Below, one piece after another: positions 30,387-40,339 of a stretch of 64,000 bases of DNA (within the stretch, counting starts at the first letter, position 1; each line of letters begins with the position of its first letter). The notes under the pieces were generated by a model that worked only from the letters and a program-made list of their open reading frames with translations, searched no databases and was not told where the DNA came from. A program made the translations under genes and the position numbers. Source of the DNA: Escherichia phage ph0011. Where the stretch lies: the sequence record OP557969.1, one strand, 5' to 3'.

Positions 30387-32636
30387 TTAATCAACTATAC
30401 TATCTTGACGTTTAAGTGCACGGATTACAATTGCAGCTTGAATTTGTTGTGTGAAAGAACCACCTGCCCCAAAGTCATGTACAATTTTATTAACACGATA
30501 AATGGTTTGATTAAACGTAGTTGGTGTATTAATATCCAATACACCCGTGTTATCATTAATTGATACTACTGGTTGTAATTTAAGTAAAAGGTATGCTTCC
30601 GATGTTATATAGTTTGCTACATGATAATCATCTGGATTAATTTCCATATCTTCCCCATTAATTACTTGCTCTAGATATTGTAAGTACGAATAATCACTCC
30701 ATCCAAGCCAATATGGGTCACCAACAACTCGCATATCAAGTTTACACAAAAAAGGTCTATTATAATAGTTGTCACGTATTTTACGTCTATCCATTTCATA
30801 TGTACTACTGTTATCGTTTAATGAAGCAGATAGTGTGGTTTCGTTGTTAGTTGCTTCAGTTGGCATAGTGAATATTTGACCATATCGATGACCAACGCCG
30901 TCAGTACCTTCATCAGTTTCTTCATATGTGGAGACATAATCTTCAATATATTGTGGTAATACATTTACTTGATAATTATTATAACGATCCTGCTCTTCTG
31001 CATTTCCAACCTGCATTTGGTTTTTAGCTAATGTGTCAATATCATTTAATAAATCTTGCTGATCTTTGGTTAGCATACCACCCATATCACGTGTAACACG
31101 CAAATCGCTTGTTTTCGCCCATGCATCTGGTATACTATTATATTGTACACCTTGTATATTCAATTCTTGTGAGTTATGTGTACCTGAATGGTTTGCTACG
31201 TCTTGTATTGGACCAGGGTTGCGAGTAGTAGCTACAAAAAATTGCTGGTCAAATTTCAAATCCAAATCAAGTATCTCACTATTAAGTCCACTAAACTGAT
31301 AATTATAAGTTTTCATGTTTATTTTAGGTTTTTGATCAATAGGATCTACGTATTTTTCTGCGTTCTCAAAAAAGTACTCAAATGTGAAATTTTCTGGTTT
31401 CAAGTCAGATTCATGTACAATGTCACCTATTTTAAATTTAACTATGTAAAAAATTACTTTATAAACAGATGTATTACGATAATTATCAAAACCTATATAT
31501 TGTTTTATTGGTATAATATTAACAAATTGTCTTACACTAGTACTCTCATCCGCTTGTACAGTACAAGTGTCGATAACATCATCAATAATTCTTGATATTG
31601 GTGTGCTTGGGTTCCATGAAAAGTTTTTAGAACCTTGTGTTCCACTTTTAGTCGTTCCTGCTTCTGCCATTTGTTTTGAATCATAGTTGATAAAAAGATC
31701 TTGTAAATCAGGAGCTACTTTAAATTCAAAAAATTTACCATCGGATAATTCACCAAATTTATATCTTAGATAGCCATATTGTTGATCTGCCATTTGATTT
31801 AATTTATCTTCTAAATCAAAACAGAAATCACCAAAGTTTTCAGCCGTACAGTTAAATGGTTCTTTTAATGTCCATTCCATGTTGTCAACTAATGCTGCTC
31901 TATTATGAACTAAACTCATAGTATATAGCATAGTACTACCACTTTGTGATGCACTTGCTGTAATACTATTAATTTTTACAGACCATCTTCTCGTGGTTTC
32001 TGGTATAATCTCAGGTATTCCATTCTTATTAAAACCAACAAACTTTAACTCTAAGATTAAAGGTAAGTCCATGAATTTATGAAATCTAAGTTTGTTACTT
32101 AAAGATACTAATTCGTCATATAGACTCATACTGTTATTCTCAGACATATTAAGAACTGCGGTATTAAAACAATAATTCGTTGTCATTCCTGGTGTGGATG
32201 GTCCTGCTTGTGTCATTTGAACACTTGTTATATTATATTTTCCACTAACGCCACTTTCTGATATAACATAGCGTTGTACCTCTGCATCAGGGTAAAGCCA
32301 AAAGTTTTTGAAATCATCTTTATCTAAAGCAAACAGACAAAAATGCCAAGTTGGGTTGTCATATTTTAATAACTTATTCTCATATGGTATTACAAACTGA
32401 CTTAAATCCAAATCTTCATAAACTTGGTCCATTCCGGCACTTTGTGATGGTAATGACTCAACATTACTAACGTTTGCTTTATAATTATTTTTCGTGATAG
32501 TTTTTACATCATTTTGTAATGTATTGGCGGTGGCTTTCAAATTATCAAGTGAATTATTTGCAGTTGTTTTTGTCTTACCAGTGATATTTGAAATATCATT
32601 TTGAAAATTATCAACTGTACTTCGTAAATCTGCCAT
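30387..32636 (-). CDS. Hypothetical baseplate/hub-associated structural protein (749 aa)
   Basis: ATG 32634-32636 with RBS GGAG; position between gp53-like and gp5-like genes. Confidence 0.4.
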   Translation of the reverse strand: MADLRSTVDNFQNDISNITGKTKTTANNSLDNLKATANTLQNDVKTITKNNYKANVSNVESLPSQSAGMDQVYEDLDLSQFVIPYENKLLKYDNPTWHFCLFALDKDDFKNFWLYPDAEVQRYVISESGVSGKYNITSVQMTQAGPSTPGMTTNYCFNTAVLNMSENNSMSLYDELVSLSNKLRFHKFMDLPLILELKFVGFNKNGIPEIIPETTRRWSVKINSITASASQSGSTMLYTMSLVHNRAALVDNMEWTLKEPFNCTAENFGDFCFDLEDKLNQMADQQYGYLRYKFGELSDGKFFEFKVAPDLQDLFINYDSKQMAEAGTTKSGTQGSKNFSWNPSTPISRIIDDVIDTCTVQADESTSVRQFVNIIPIKQYIGFDNYRNTSVYKVIFYIVKFKIGDIVHESDLKPENFTFEYFFENAEKYVDPIDQKPKINMKTYNYQFSGLNSEILDLDLKFDQQFFVATTRNPGPIQDVANHSGTHNSQELNIQGVQYNSIPDAWAKTSDLRVTRDMGGMLTKDQQDLLNDIDTLAKNQMQVGNAEEQDRYNNYQVNVLPQYIEDYVSTYEETDEGTDGVGHRYGQIFTMPTEATNNETTLSASLNDNSSTYEMDRRKIRDNYYNRPFLCKLDMRVVGDPYWLGWSDYSYLQYLEQVINGEDMEINPDDYHVANYITSEAYLLLKLQPVVSINDNTGVLDINTPTTFNQTIYRVNKIVHDFGAGGSFTQQIQAAIVIRALKRQDSIVD

Positions 32637-32648
32637 GTGTTACTCCAT

Positions 32649-32963
32649 TTAGCCTATATTTCGAGTACCATTAAGATAGTTTTGTACTCTTTGATTTGCT
32701 GGTATTCTAATTGTTACCCCACTTTTAAAATTATATATTGGGTCTTCTCCTAATATGTCTGGATTTAATAATGCAAAGATATAATATAATCGTTCATTTC
32801 CGTACATTTCGTATGCCAAACGCCATGGTTGGTATTCATATTTCAATGGTATCTCATAAAAATCATCAGTATCAGCCGGAATGATATCACGTGGTAAATT
32901 ATACCCAAGATACCATGTTTGTTTCACCTTAGCATAAGGTGAGTATTGACTATAGTTGGACAT
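32649..32963 (-). CDS. Baseplate wedge protein, gp53-like with LysM-like fold (104 aa)
   Basis: RLAYEMYGNERLYYIFALLNPD resembles the T4 gp53 segment ELANAIYGNPQLYWVLLMCN (from memory); RBS GGAGG; 1-nt overlap with upstream gene. Confidence 0.45.
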   Translation of the reverse strand: MSNYSQYSPYAKVKQTWYLGYNLPRDIIPADTDDFYEIPLKYEYQPWRLAYEMYGNERLYYIFALLNPDILGEDPIYNFKSGVTIRIPANQRVQNYLNGTRNIG

Positions 32964-33694
32964 TAAATAAATCCTCCGTTGCGTAATAGTTCACCTCGCT
33001 TAAAAGCATTTAGGTTGAAAGTTTTAGTCATATAATCGGAAGTGGGTTGTTCTTCAAGCTGTATCATAACCGATATTTTTTGTGGAACCCAAACCTCATC
33101 TTGTGGGTTCATATACCCAGTACTTCTAAGTTGTTCGAAGAATTTCCTACTATCCATATCGGATAAGTTAAATGTACTGTCACTACTATTCAAAGGAACT
33201 TGAATATAAGAAACATCATTTGGATATGTAAAATTATAAGATTTTAAAATAACAGGAATATCATTATATGTATATCTCCCATACCCACTTAAAAGTAAGA
33301 TTGGTGGTGGAGCACCTGCAATTGCAAGTTCTGGGTTATTCGCTGCCGCAGCTTGTCTACCAAAATCCATCAATGAAACTGAACGTATAAAATGGATACA
33401 TGCTAATGTGTACATAGCTTCTGCTGCGGTGTTAGCATAAAACTCACCCTGAATGGTGAAAACAGTATTAGATGTGTTCTTATAGTTGTTATAGTTACTG
33501 TTGGTATGTATCGGTGACTGTGTTTCATACTGAATTGACCTTTGTTCAGTAATTATTGGTGTTACAGTCCATACCAACCCATTAGTTGGACGCAGAAACG
33601 AAAGTAGTGTGGGTTCAGAACTATCTCCGAAATCTCCATATACATAGTTAGCACCTGCGGCTTTAGGTCGTAATCGAATTCTACGATCAATCAT
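32963..33694 (-). CDS. Hypothetical baseplate/tail protein (244 aa)
   Basis: ORF-track ATG at 33709 has no RBS; ATG at 33692-33694 (MIDRRIR...) follows GGAGAA with 8-nt spacing, so start moved. Confidence 0.4.
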   Translation of the reverse strand: MIDRRIRLRPKAAGANYVYGDFGDSSEPTLLSFLRPTNGLVWTVTPIITEQRSIQYETQSPIHTNSNYNNYKNTSNTVFTIQGEFYANTAAEAMYTLACIHFIRSVSLMDFGRQAAAANNPELAIAGAPPPILLLSGYGRYTYNDIPVILKSYNFTYPNDVSYIQVPLNSSDSTFNLSDMDSRKFFEQLRSTGYMNPQDEVWVPQKISVMIQLEEQPTSDYMTKTFNLNAFKRGELLRNGGFI

Positions 33695-33738
33695 TTTTTG
33701 ATTCTCCATAATAAGGGAACATTTGATGTATTTATGGG

Positions 33739-33767
33739 TGGGACAAACTGGTTCTTAGTGCTATAAT
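33739..33767 (+). promoter_or_regulatory. Extended -10 sigma70-type promoter (TGcTATAAT with weak -35 TGGGAC) for gp55-like gene
   Basis: Read directly; ~58 nt upstream of ATG 33825. Confidence 0.45.
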
Positions 33768-33824
33768 AACATTGATGGTACAAGGATTGTACCTATTGGA
33801 TTAGAACATGGAGAGTGTAACACA

Positions 33825-34664
33825 ATGACAAGTAGACCAAAGCGTAAAAAGTATCTCAACAATGCAGATTTACTTCGTGAAATACAAAAAAGTAAGATTT
33901 CATACTGCTGGTTATTAGATAAATCATATAGTATGTATGATTATATTGTCTTTCATGAATCTGAAATCACGGCTGAGTTACTTGAAAAAGCTAAAGCAGC
34001 ACGAATTAAAAGACTCAACAATGAAATGCTTGAAAGTATTCGTGCAAAGGAAAACATGAGTGCAAAAAAAGCAAAGGAATATGCAGAAGAGAATAATTTA
34101 GTTATTACTGACGTTCCAATTGATGAAGTTGTTATTCGTGTTATTACTGATGAACACATTCCACCAGATACTAGAGTTAACTTTGAACCATTCAAGCATT
34201 ATATTGTGGATAATGAAGGTATCCTTTATGAAGTTTGTCGTTCTCACTGGAAAGGTGACCTAGAAACAGGTGAATTCTGCACTATTCACGGTAAAATTAC
34301 TAATGAATTGGGTAAAATGTTCATTAAACTTGCAGAGGAAATCTCACACAAATCTAATTATAGAAACTATACTTACTTAGATGAAATGATGGGCGATGCA
34401 AGAATTCAATTAGTTAAAAATGCACTACTCTTTAAAGAGAGTATTCTTTATAAAAAAGATAAACCAGCCGTACAATTAAATCCTTTCTCTTACTATACAT
34501 CGTTTGTTAACAATAGCTTTCGTTCTATTTTGAATAGTGAGAAAAATGTTCGAAATATACGTGATGATTTACTCGAAATGCATGGTTTTACACCATCACA
34601 CACACGTCAAATTGAAATTGAATTGAACATGATTGAAAGGAAAAATGAAGATGGCTCTATTTGA
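33825..34664 (+). CDS. gp55: Late-transcription sigma factor, T4 gp55-like (279 aa)
   Basis: N-terminus KKYLNNADLLREIQKSK matches T4 gp55 KYNYVNNKELLQAIIDWK; second block ELGKMFIKLAEEISHKSNYRNYTYLDEMMGDA matches gp55 region 2-like segment; conserved 55-47-46 gene order. Confidence 0.75.
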   Translation: MTSRPKRKKYLNNADLLREIQKSKISYCWLLDKSYSMYDYIVFHESEITAELLEKAKAARIKRLNNEMLESIRAKENMSAKKAKEYAEENNLVITDVPIDEVVIRVITDEHIPPDTRVNFEPFKHYIVDNEGILYEVCRSHWKGDLETGEFCTIHGKITNELGKMFIKLAEEISHKSNYRNYTYLDEMMGDARIQLVKNALLFKESILYKKDKPAVQLNPFSYYTSFVNNSFRSILNSEKNVRNIRDDLLEMHGFTPSHTRQIEIELNMIERKNEDGSI

Positions 34665-35682
34665 TAAAGCAATTACATTCACTGATATTCACTTGGGATT
34701 AAAGAATAACAGTAAACAACACAATGAAGATTGTTTAAACTTCATTAAATTTATGATAGATGAAGCAAAAAAGAATAATATCAAAGTTTGTGTTTTTATG
34801 GGAGATTATTTTCATAATAGAAGTAATATCAACATTCAAACACTAAACTATGGTTTACAGATTCTTCAACTACTGAATGACAATTTTAAAAAAGTATATT
34901 TTCTTGTTGGGAATCATGATATGTACCATAAGAACAAACGTGATATCACAAGTATCAATATGGCTCAAGTATATGAAAATATCGAGTTCATCAATGAAAT
35001 CACAACATTTGACGATTGTACATTCATTCCATTTATGATTGAAGATGAATATAAACTATTACCTCAACTAAAAAGTAAGTATGTTTTCGGTCACTTAGAA
35101 TTACCAGGGTACTTACTTAATAAGATGGTAGAAATGCCAGACCATGGGAAAGAAACCGATGGTTCTTTTAGTGGTTGTGAATATGTTTTTAGTGGGCATT
35201 TTCATAAAAGGCAAGCAAAAACAACATCTAAAGGAACTCGTGTTGTTTATACTGGTAATTGCTTCCCACATAATTTTTCCGATACGTGGGATGATGCAAG
35301 AGGTGTAATGATTCTCGAACACGATAAAGAACCAATTTTTAAATCGTGGGATAGTGCACCAAAATATCGAACATTCACACTTTCCGAATTATTGACTGAC
35401 CCCAGTTATTATCTTCAAGATAATACAATTTCTAAAGTTCAAATTGATATATCAATAACAACGGATGAGATTAGTTTTATTCGTGATACTTTTACTAAAC
35501 TATACAACATTAGAGAGTTTAATGTTGTAACAAGTAAACAAAATGTATCAGAATTAATTGAAGATGGTGTCAATTTTGAAAGTACTGAATCAGTTGATGA
35601 GATTGTTTTACAACAAATCATGGAAATTGATTCACCAATGTTTGATAAAAATCTTCTAATCCAAATTTACAGATCATTATAA
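34645..35682 (+). CDS. gp47: Recombination/repair nuclease subunit, SbcD/Mre11-like (T4 gp47-like)
   Basis: Calcineurin-like phosphoesterase motifs DIHLG, GDYFHNR, GNHD; ORF-track start 34633 is TTG; ATG 34645 or 34651 (MALFDK) more likely. Confidence 0.85.
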   Translation: MKMALFDKAITFTDIHLGLKNNSKQHNEDCLNFIKFMIDEAKKNNIKVCVFMGDYFHNRSNINIQTLNYGLQILQLLNDNFKKVYFLVGNHDMYHKNKRDITSINMAQVYENIEFINEITTFDDCTFIPFMIEDEYKLLPQLKSKYVFGHLELPGYLLNKMVEMPDHGKETDGSFSGCEYVFSGHFHKRQAKTTSKGTRVVYTGNCFPHNFSDTWDDARGVMILEHDKEPIFKSWDSAPKYRTFTLSELLTDPSYYLQDNTISKVQIDISITTDEISFIRDTFTKLYNIREFNVVTSKQNVSELIEDGVNFESTESVDEIVLQQIMEIDSPMFDKNLLIQIYRSL

Positions 35683-35690
35683 GGGACTAT

Positions 35691-37838
35691 ATGCTAAACA
35701 TTACACGTATATCTATGCGAAACTTCTTTTCATTCGGTAATGCACCACAAATTATTGAATTGAATAGTTCTGACATTTCATTAGTACTGGGTCAAAATAA
35801 TGATGCAGTTATTGAAGGTGGTGACAGTTCTGGACGACGAAATGGTGTAGGAAAAAGTGCAATTATTCAAGGATTAGTTTTTGGATTATTTGGAAAAAGT
35901 ATTGGGAATGATATTAAAATCCCTAACTTAGTTAATAAAACTAATGGGAAAAATTGCGAAGTTGTGGTAGAGTTTGAAAAAGACGGTGTGCAATATATTG
36001 TTGAGCGTGGGAGAAGTCCCACGTATTTCAATCTTGTTACTTTAGGTAAAGATGACAAAATTGAAGATGAATCAAGGGGTGAAAAGAAAGACACTCAAGA
36101 AGATTTGAATGAAATTCTTGGAATATCTCAATTATTATTTGAACATATTGTAGTACTGAATGCAAACGTTGAACCTTTCTTGGCGTTATCCACACAAAAA
36201 CAACGTGATATGATAGAAGAACTTCTAGGTATAACACAGTTAACAGAAAAAGCCGAAATATTAAAGGAGATGTACAAGGATACTAAACGCTTAGCAGAGC
36301 AAGAAAAGTTTAAAAATGAAACAGTTGCTGCAAGTAACGAACGTATTCAAAAAAGTATTGAGGTTCTTCAAGAACAGGCAAACCAATTTGAGATCGATAA
36401 AAGTAATAGAGTAGCGAAGTTAAATGAAGAGTTGAATATTTATAAAACGTTCGACTTCAATGAACTCTATAAAGCTGCTGAAGAGAAAGAGAAAGCTCTT
36501 ATTCATAACACAAAGCGTAATGAAATAGAACGCCGTGTACAAGATTTAGCTTTAAAATTTGATGCATATGACCGTGAGATTGAATCATCCAAACGTGCAC
36601 TAAAACTAAGCATTGATAAACTAAAAACTATTGATATTAGTGCTGAGTTGGAAAATCATAATGAACTAGAGATATGGAAACAGTTAGAAGACATTCTTAA
36701 AGAGAATAATAACCAAAAACGTTTCAAAGAGCAAAAGCTAAACTCACTAAAAGTTGCATTAAAAGGGTATGAATGTTCAATTAATGCTGAAATTGACAAA
36801 TTATCAACCGTTGAAAATAGTAAATGTCCACTTTGTATGTCAGAATTGGAACATAATGAACATACTTCTTCAATTAAAGATAAAATTCAAAGTACTATTG
36901 ACGATCTTCAAGCCAAAATTGACAGTTCTTCTTCTGAAATTGAGATTTTACTTAAAGAAATTGAGAGTATTGAGATTTTTGATATGCCACCTAAGCCTGT
37001 GACATATTATAATACACTTTCAGAAGCACAAATGCATGAACATAAGCTTCAAGAATTGATCAAAAAGAGTGAAGAAGAGCCAATAAACATCTATGCAAAT
37101 GAACTTATGTCATCATATGATGAACTTAACTCATATGAACTAATGGAAGTTCCAGATACATTAAACAAATATGAAGTTAAAGAGTTGGAAATGACCGTAA
37201 ATTCATTATCACAGCAATTAGATCGTGAATTGAAGACTACTAACACATTTATTAGTCAAATTAATACCCTGAAGACTGATTCTTTAGTACCAATCGATTA
37301 TAGTGACTATAATAATCTTGATAAAATGTCAAATCACCAAGATTTCTTGGTTAAATTACTTTTAAACAAGGATTCTTATGTCCGTAAACGTATTATTGAG
37401 CAAAATATCTCATATTTGAATACACGACTTCAGTACTATATCGATATGTGCGGTTCTGAGCATAATGTTGTGTTTTTGAATGATTTGAGTGTTGAAATTG
37501 AGAAGAGTGGGCAGTACTTTGACTATAAACAGCTTAGTCGTGGCGAGCGTACAAGGGTAAACATTGCTTTATCATGTGCTTTCCGTGATACATACGAGTC
37601 ATTATATCAAAGTATCAATCTAATAGCACTAGATGAAGCTTGTGATGTTGGTCTTGATTCAAGTGGTGTAGTTAAAGTGTGGTCAATCTTCAATGACATG
37701 GCTGCTATCAGAAATAAAAATGTATATATCATCTCTCATAGAGAAGAACTAGTTTCTAAGACTGAACATATACTTAAAGTAACTAAAGAAGATGGTTTTA
37801 GTACTATAAGTTACTGTACAATTGATGATATCTATTAA
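35691..37838 (+). CDS. gp46: Recombination/repair ATPase, SbcC/Rad50-like (T4 gp46-like, 715 aa)
   Basis: N-terminal Walker A GRRNGVGKSAII, central coiled coil with zinc hook CPLC, C-terminal signature LSRGERTRVNIAL and Walker B LIALDEACDVGLD. Confidence 0.9.
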   Translation: MLNITRISMRNFFSFGNAPQIIELNSSDISLVLGQNNDAVIEGGDSSGRRNGVGKSAIIQGLVFGLFGKSIGNDIKIPNLVNKTNGKNCEVVVEFEKDGVQYIVERGRSPTYFNLVTLGKDDKIEDESRGEKKDTQEDLNEILGISQLLFEHIVVLNANVEPFLALSTQKQRDMIEELLGITQLTEKAEILKEMYKDTKRLAEQEKFKNETVAASNERIQKSIEVLQEQANQFEIDKSNRVAKLNEELNIYKTFDFNELYKAAEEKEKALIHNTKRNEIERRVQDLALKFDAYDREIESSKRALKLSIDKLKTIDISAELENHNELEIWKQLEDILKENNNQKRFKEQKLNSLKVALKGYECSINAEIDKLSTVENSKCPLCMSELEHNEHTSSIKDKIQSTIDDLQAKIDSSSSEIEILLKEIESIEIFDMPPKPVTYYNTLSEAQMHEHKLQELIKKSEEEPINIYANELMSSYDELNSYELMEVPDTLNKYEVKELEMTVNSLSQQLDRELKTTNTFISQINTLKTDSLVPIDYSDYNNLDKMSNHQDFLVKLLLNKDSYVRKRIIEQNISYLNTRLQYYIDMCGSEHNVVFLNDLSVEIEKSGQYFDYKQLSRGERTRVNIALSCAFRDTYESLYQSINLIALDEACDVGLDSSGVVKVWSIFNDMAAIRNKNVYIISHREELVSKTEHILKVTKEDGFSTISYCTIDDIY

Positions 37839-37848
37839 TAACAGAAAA

Positions 37849-37870
37849 GGGGGCTTATGCTCCCTTTTTT
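37849..37870. terminator. Intrinsic terminator after gp46-like gene (also downstream of minus-strand gene 37948-38442)
   Basis: Stem GGGGGC/GCTCCC (one G-U), loop TTAT, T-run TTTTTT. Confidence 0.7.
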
Positions 37871-37947
37871 ATTATCATTATATCTATTGTTTCCATACAT
37901 CCTACATTGAACTAGATTTTGTAAGATATAGGATTGGTAATGTGTTT

Positions 37948-38442
37948 TTATTTTGTATCTCTTTTTACATCAACCATGTTTAATTTACCGTCCTTAATTA
38001 GCTTTCTAGCTTGTTTTACACGAGCAGTAGTGTTGCTACCAGGGACGACACCTAACCCTTCCAGAATTGCGTTTTGCTGCGTTGCTGGAAGCCTTTTAAA
38101 CTTATTCACATCTACTGTTAGTGCTGTGTGATGTATCACTTGCTCTTCTAGTGGGATGTTGTTGTTCTTTTCAAGATAATCTGCCAGATTTCTTAGAACT
38201 TCATGTAAAGGCATATCAGTTAAATGCTTTCCATATCGGTTCCATGCGTTGGAAACTTTACCTTCAAATGCGTTTATTTCATTCTGTAGAACTTCACGAC
38301 AGTGTTGGTTACCATAGTGGTAGTGATCCAGTACTGGTTTAGTTATTGGTTCCTTAATTATAGGATCAATTCCTTTTTGCTTCTTTAGTAATTCATTACG
38401 ATAGTTTGCAGCTTCTTTACTATCTTTTAATCTTTTCTTCAT
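37948..38442 (-). CDS. Endonuclease VII-like protein (Holliday-junction resolvase family), atypical (164 aa)
   Basis: LDHYHYGNQHCREVLQNEINAFEG resembles the endo VII core HLDHDH...N..EG; the N-terminal CxxC zinc pair of T4 gp49 is absent; RBS GGTGGGG. Confidence 0.45.
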   Translation of the reverse strand: MKKRLKDSKEAANYRNELLKKQKGIDPIIKEPITKPVLDHYHYGNQHCREVLQNEINAFEGKVSNAWNRYGKHLTDMPLHEVLRNLADYLEKNNNIPLEEQVIHHTALTVDVNKFKRLPATQQNAILEGLGVVPGSNTTARVKQARKLIKDGKLNMVDVKRDTK

Positions 38443-38534
38443 AAATCCCCACCAAACTAATTTTTATAAAAATATTTATGAGTTACATTAGAGAACAATA
38501 ATTATGTGTTTTTTGATAAATAAATTTAAATTAT

Positions 38535-38564
38535 TTGAGACAACTTTGAAGTTTGTGCTATAAT
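38535..38564 (+). promoter_or_regulatory. Near-consensus sigma70 promoter TTGAGA-N18-TATAAT in ORF-poor region
   Basis: Hexamers read directly at 38535-38540 and 38559-38564; no plausible coding gene downstream before the terminator at 39017-39040. Confidence 0.5.
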
Positions 38565-38570
38565 GTTTGA

Positions 38571-39040
38571 TGTAGTAATGACAATCCTGTTGAATGCAGA
38601 AATGCATATAAATTAGAACCTGATCCTATCGAAAATGTAGATGGCAGATGAGCAGTTCAACAGTGCGATGAGCAGAAGAAACCCGTCAGAAGTGGGCATA
38701 GTTTGAACCCCTCACGGCAATGCGGCTCAATAAAGAACTCCGATAAGCACACAGAGAGTTCCTAGATAGACATATAAGGAATCACACCTTACCAGATTTG
38801 CTAAGGGAGTTTATTAATTGATTTTAATAAACAGCCTGAAGTTTGATTGTATAGACTTTCAGGTGAGTGCTGGGATGAAAAGACCAGTGACCGTTGCATA
38901 TGACCGTGATAGGGAGAAACAGAGCAACCCGCTTCCGTTTGTGATTGATCATTTTTACAATATAGATCCGTCCAAAATTCACGATACAATAAATGCTGAA
39001 ACCATCAGCGTCAAGAAGAGACTTAATTGTCTCTTTTTTA
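38571..39040 (+). ncRNA. Candidate non-coding RNA of unknown class (~470 nt)
   Basis: Bounded by the promoter above and an intrinsic terminator; largest non-coding gap in the window (~850 bp); only short or terminator-crossing ORFs; local hairpins and a 9-nt direct repeat GATGAGCAG x2. Confidence 0.35.
39017..39040 (+). terminator. Intrinsic terminator (plus strand)
   Basis: Stem AGAGAC/GTCTCT, loop TTAATT, followed by TTTTTTATT. Confidence 0.55.
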
Positions 39041-39251
39041 TTACTTTCATTCCCCTGTGGGGGGATGAAAATGTCCTCAACAAATCCCGTCAAGTTTTAA
39101 ATCTTTAAAAGTTCTTTCTAAATTAATTTAATGAAATGAATATGAGTTACGTAGTAACGAATATTCTTCAGGTAACGAATGAAATGAGTTAGCTGAATCC
39201 AATATATTAAAATTAATCTTTCATAATTCAATTCAAATAATTCTGTAGTTT

Positions 39252-39281
39252 AAAAACAAAAAACCAGCAACAATGTGCTGG
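39252..39281 (-). terminator. Intrinsic terminator (minus strand) downstream of gene 39294-39503
   Basis: Stem CCAGCA/TGCTGG with 6-nt loop, followed on minus strand by T-rich run (TTTTTTGTTTTT). Confidence 0.7.
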
Positions 39282-39293
39282 TAATTATGTGAT

Positions 39294-39503
39294 TTAGTGC
39301 TTCTCGTTTTGTTTTTTAATTTTCTTATTAAAAGACTTAACTAATAAGTCTCTATCTATTAAAGGCATATTAAGAAGTGTTCCATAGTCAATATTATCCA
39401 TATAAACAGAACACTCCATTAGTGCTTGTTTGATTTCTGACTTATTCAGTTCTATCTCCCTTATGACTTCTTGTATTTCTTCAGGAGTTGACTGGAGAAG
39501 CAT
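39294..39503 (-). CDS. Hypothetical small protein (69 aa)
   Basis: ATG 39501-39503; 1-nt overlap with upstream gene; terminator downstream. Confidence 0.45.
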   Translation of the reverse strand: MLLQSTPEEIQEVIREIELNKSEIKQALMECSVYMDNIDYGTLLNMPLIDRDLLVKSFNKKIKKQNEKH

Positions 39504-40339
39504 TACTCGAAAAAATGACTAGGATCATATTTTAGTCCATCAATTTCCCATTGATGATTACAGTTACTACATTCAACTTCCATAGTATGGGAGACACCAA
39601 TCTCAAGTACTTCATCCATTTTTTCACGAATTAGTTTAAGAACTCCCTTCGATTGTTGACCGAGCCATTCATTAATAAATTCCTTTTCAACTACTTCATC
39701 ACCGTCTGGTGTTATAATTTTTGCAATAACTCCACCAATCATATCAAAATTAAGTTGAGCCATACTTTCAAAAACTTCTGAAAATATTTTTACTTTTTCA
39801 TCATTGTCAATATCAGCAGTTTCAAGAAACTTGGTTTTTTGTTGTTCGTTGAACATGCGTTCTGCAAAAGATGAATATTCTTTCCATGTAAGTGGTTTAA
39901 ATTCCAAACGTAGACCGTTATCCAAATCAACAGAAGGAATTTCACTAAATGATTTCGCAGTTTCAAGTAGATATGATAGATTACGCTCAAAGCGTCCCTC
40001 TTTTTCACATTCAGGACATACTACGTTAATGTCATATGTTTCTTCTTTCGAAGCAACTTTAATTGCAATAAGAAGCATTTCAACGTCATTTACATATAGT
40101 TCATCTGCATCAATTACATTCGGAACACAGTTCTCAATCACACGTGATACTGCATCACCATTTAGTAGCATATCTGGTGTATTCAGTGTCATTTCATCAC
40201 GTGCACTACGTGCACAAACTCCGCACTTGACACCTTTTGGTCCTAGTACTCCATCTTTATAAGGAATAACGCCGTTTGTAACCAACTTAGTACTGATCTC
40301 TTCAATTTTAGTGTACTTAGCAAGTGGATTCATAGCCAT
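39503..40339 (-). CDS. Hypothetical zinc-finger protein with three CxxC pairs (278 aa)
   Basis: ORF-track N-terminal 35 aa look like translated AT-rich intergenic DNA; ATG 40337-40339 (MAMNPLAKY) has RBS GGAGA; motifs CGVC, CPEC, CSNC. Confidence 0.5.
   Translation of the reverse strand: MAMNPLAKYTKIEEISTKLVTNGVIPYKDGVLGPKGVKCGVCARSARDEMTLNTPDMLLNGDAVSRVIENCVPNVIDADELYVNDVEMLLIAIKVASKEETYDINVVCPECEKEGRFERNLSYLLETAKSFSEIPSVDLDNGLRLEFKPLTWKEYSSFAERMFNEQQKTKFLETADIDNDEKVKIFSEVFESMAQLNFDMIGGVIAKIITPDGDEVVEKEFINEWLGQQSKGVLKLIREKMDEVLEIGVSHTMEVECSNCNHQWEIDGLKYDPSHFFE

Noticed and set aside
38818-39108. 96-aa plus-strand ORF (and antisense 89-aa ORF) inside the ORF-poor region
   Set aside because: The reading frame runs through the intrinsic terminator hairpin and T-run at 39017-39040 and has no convincing RBS; a non-coding transcript is more consistent, though a short peptide cannot be excluded.
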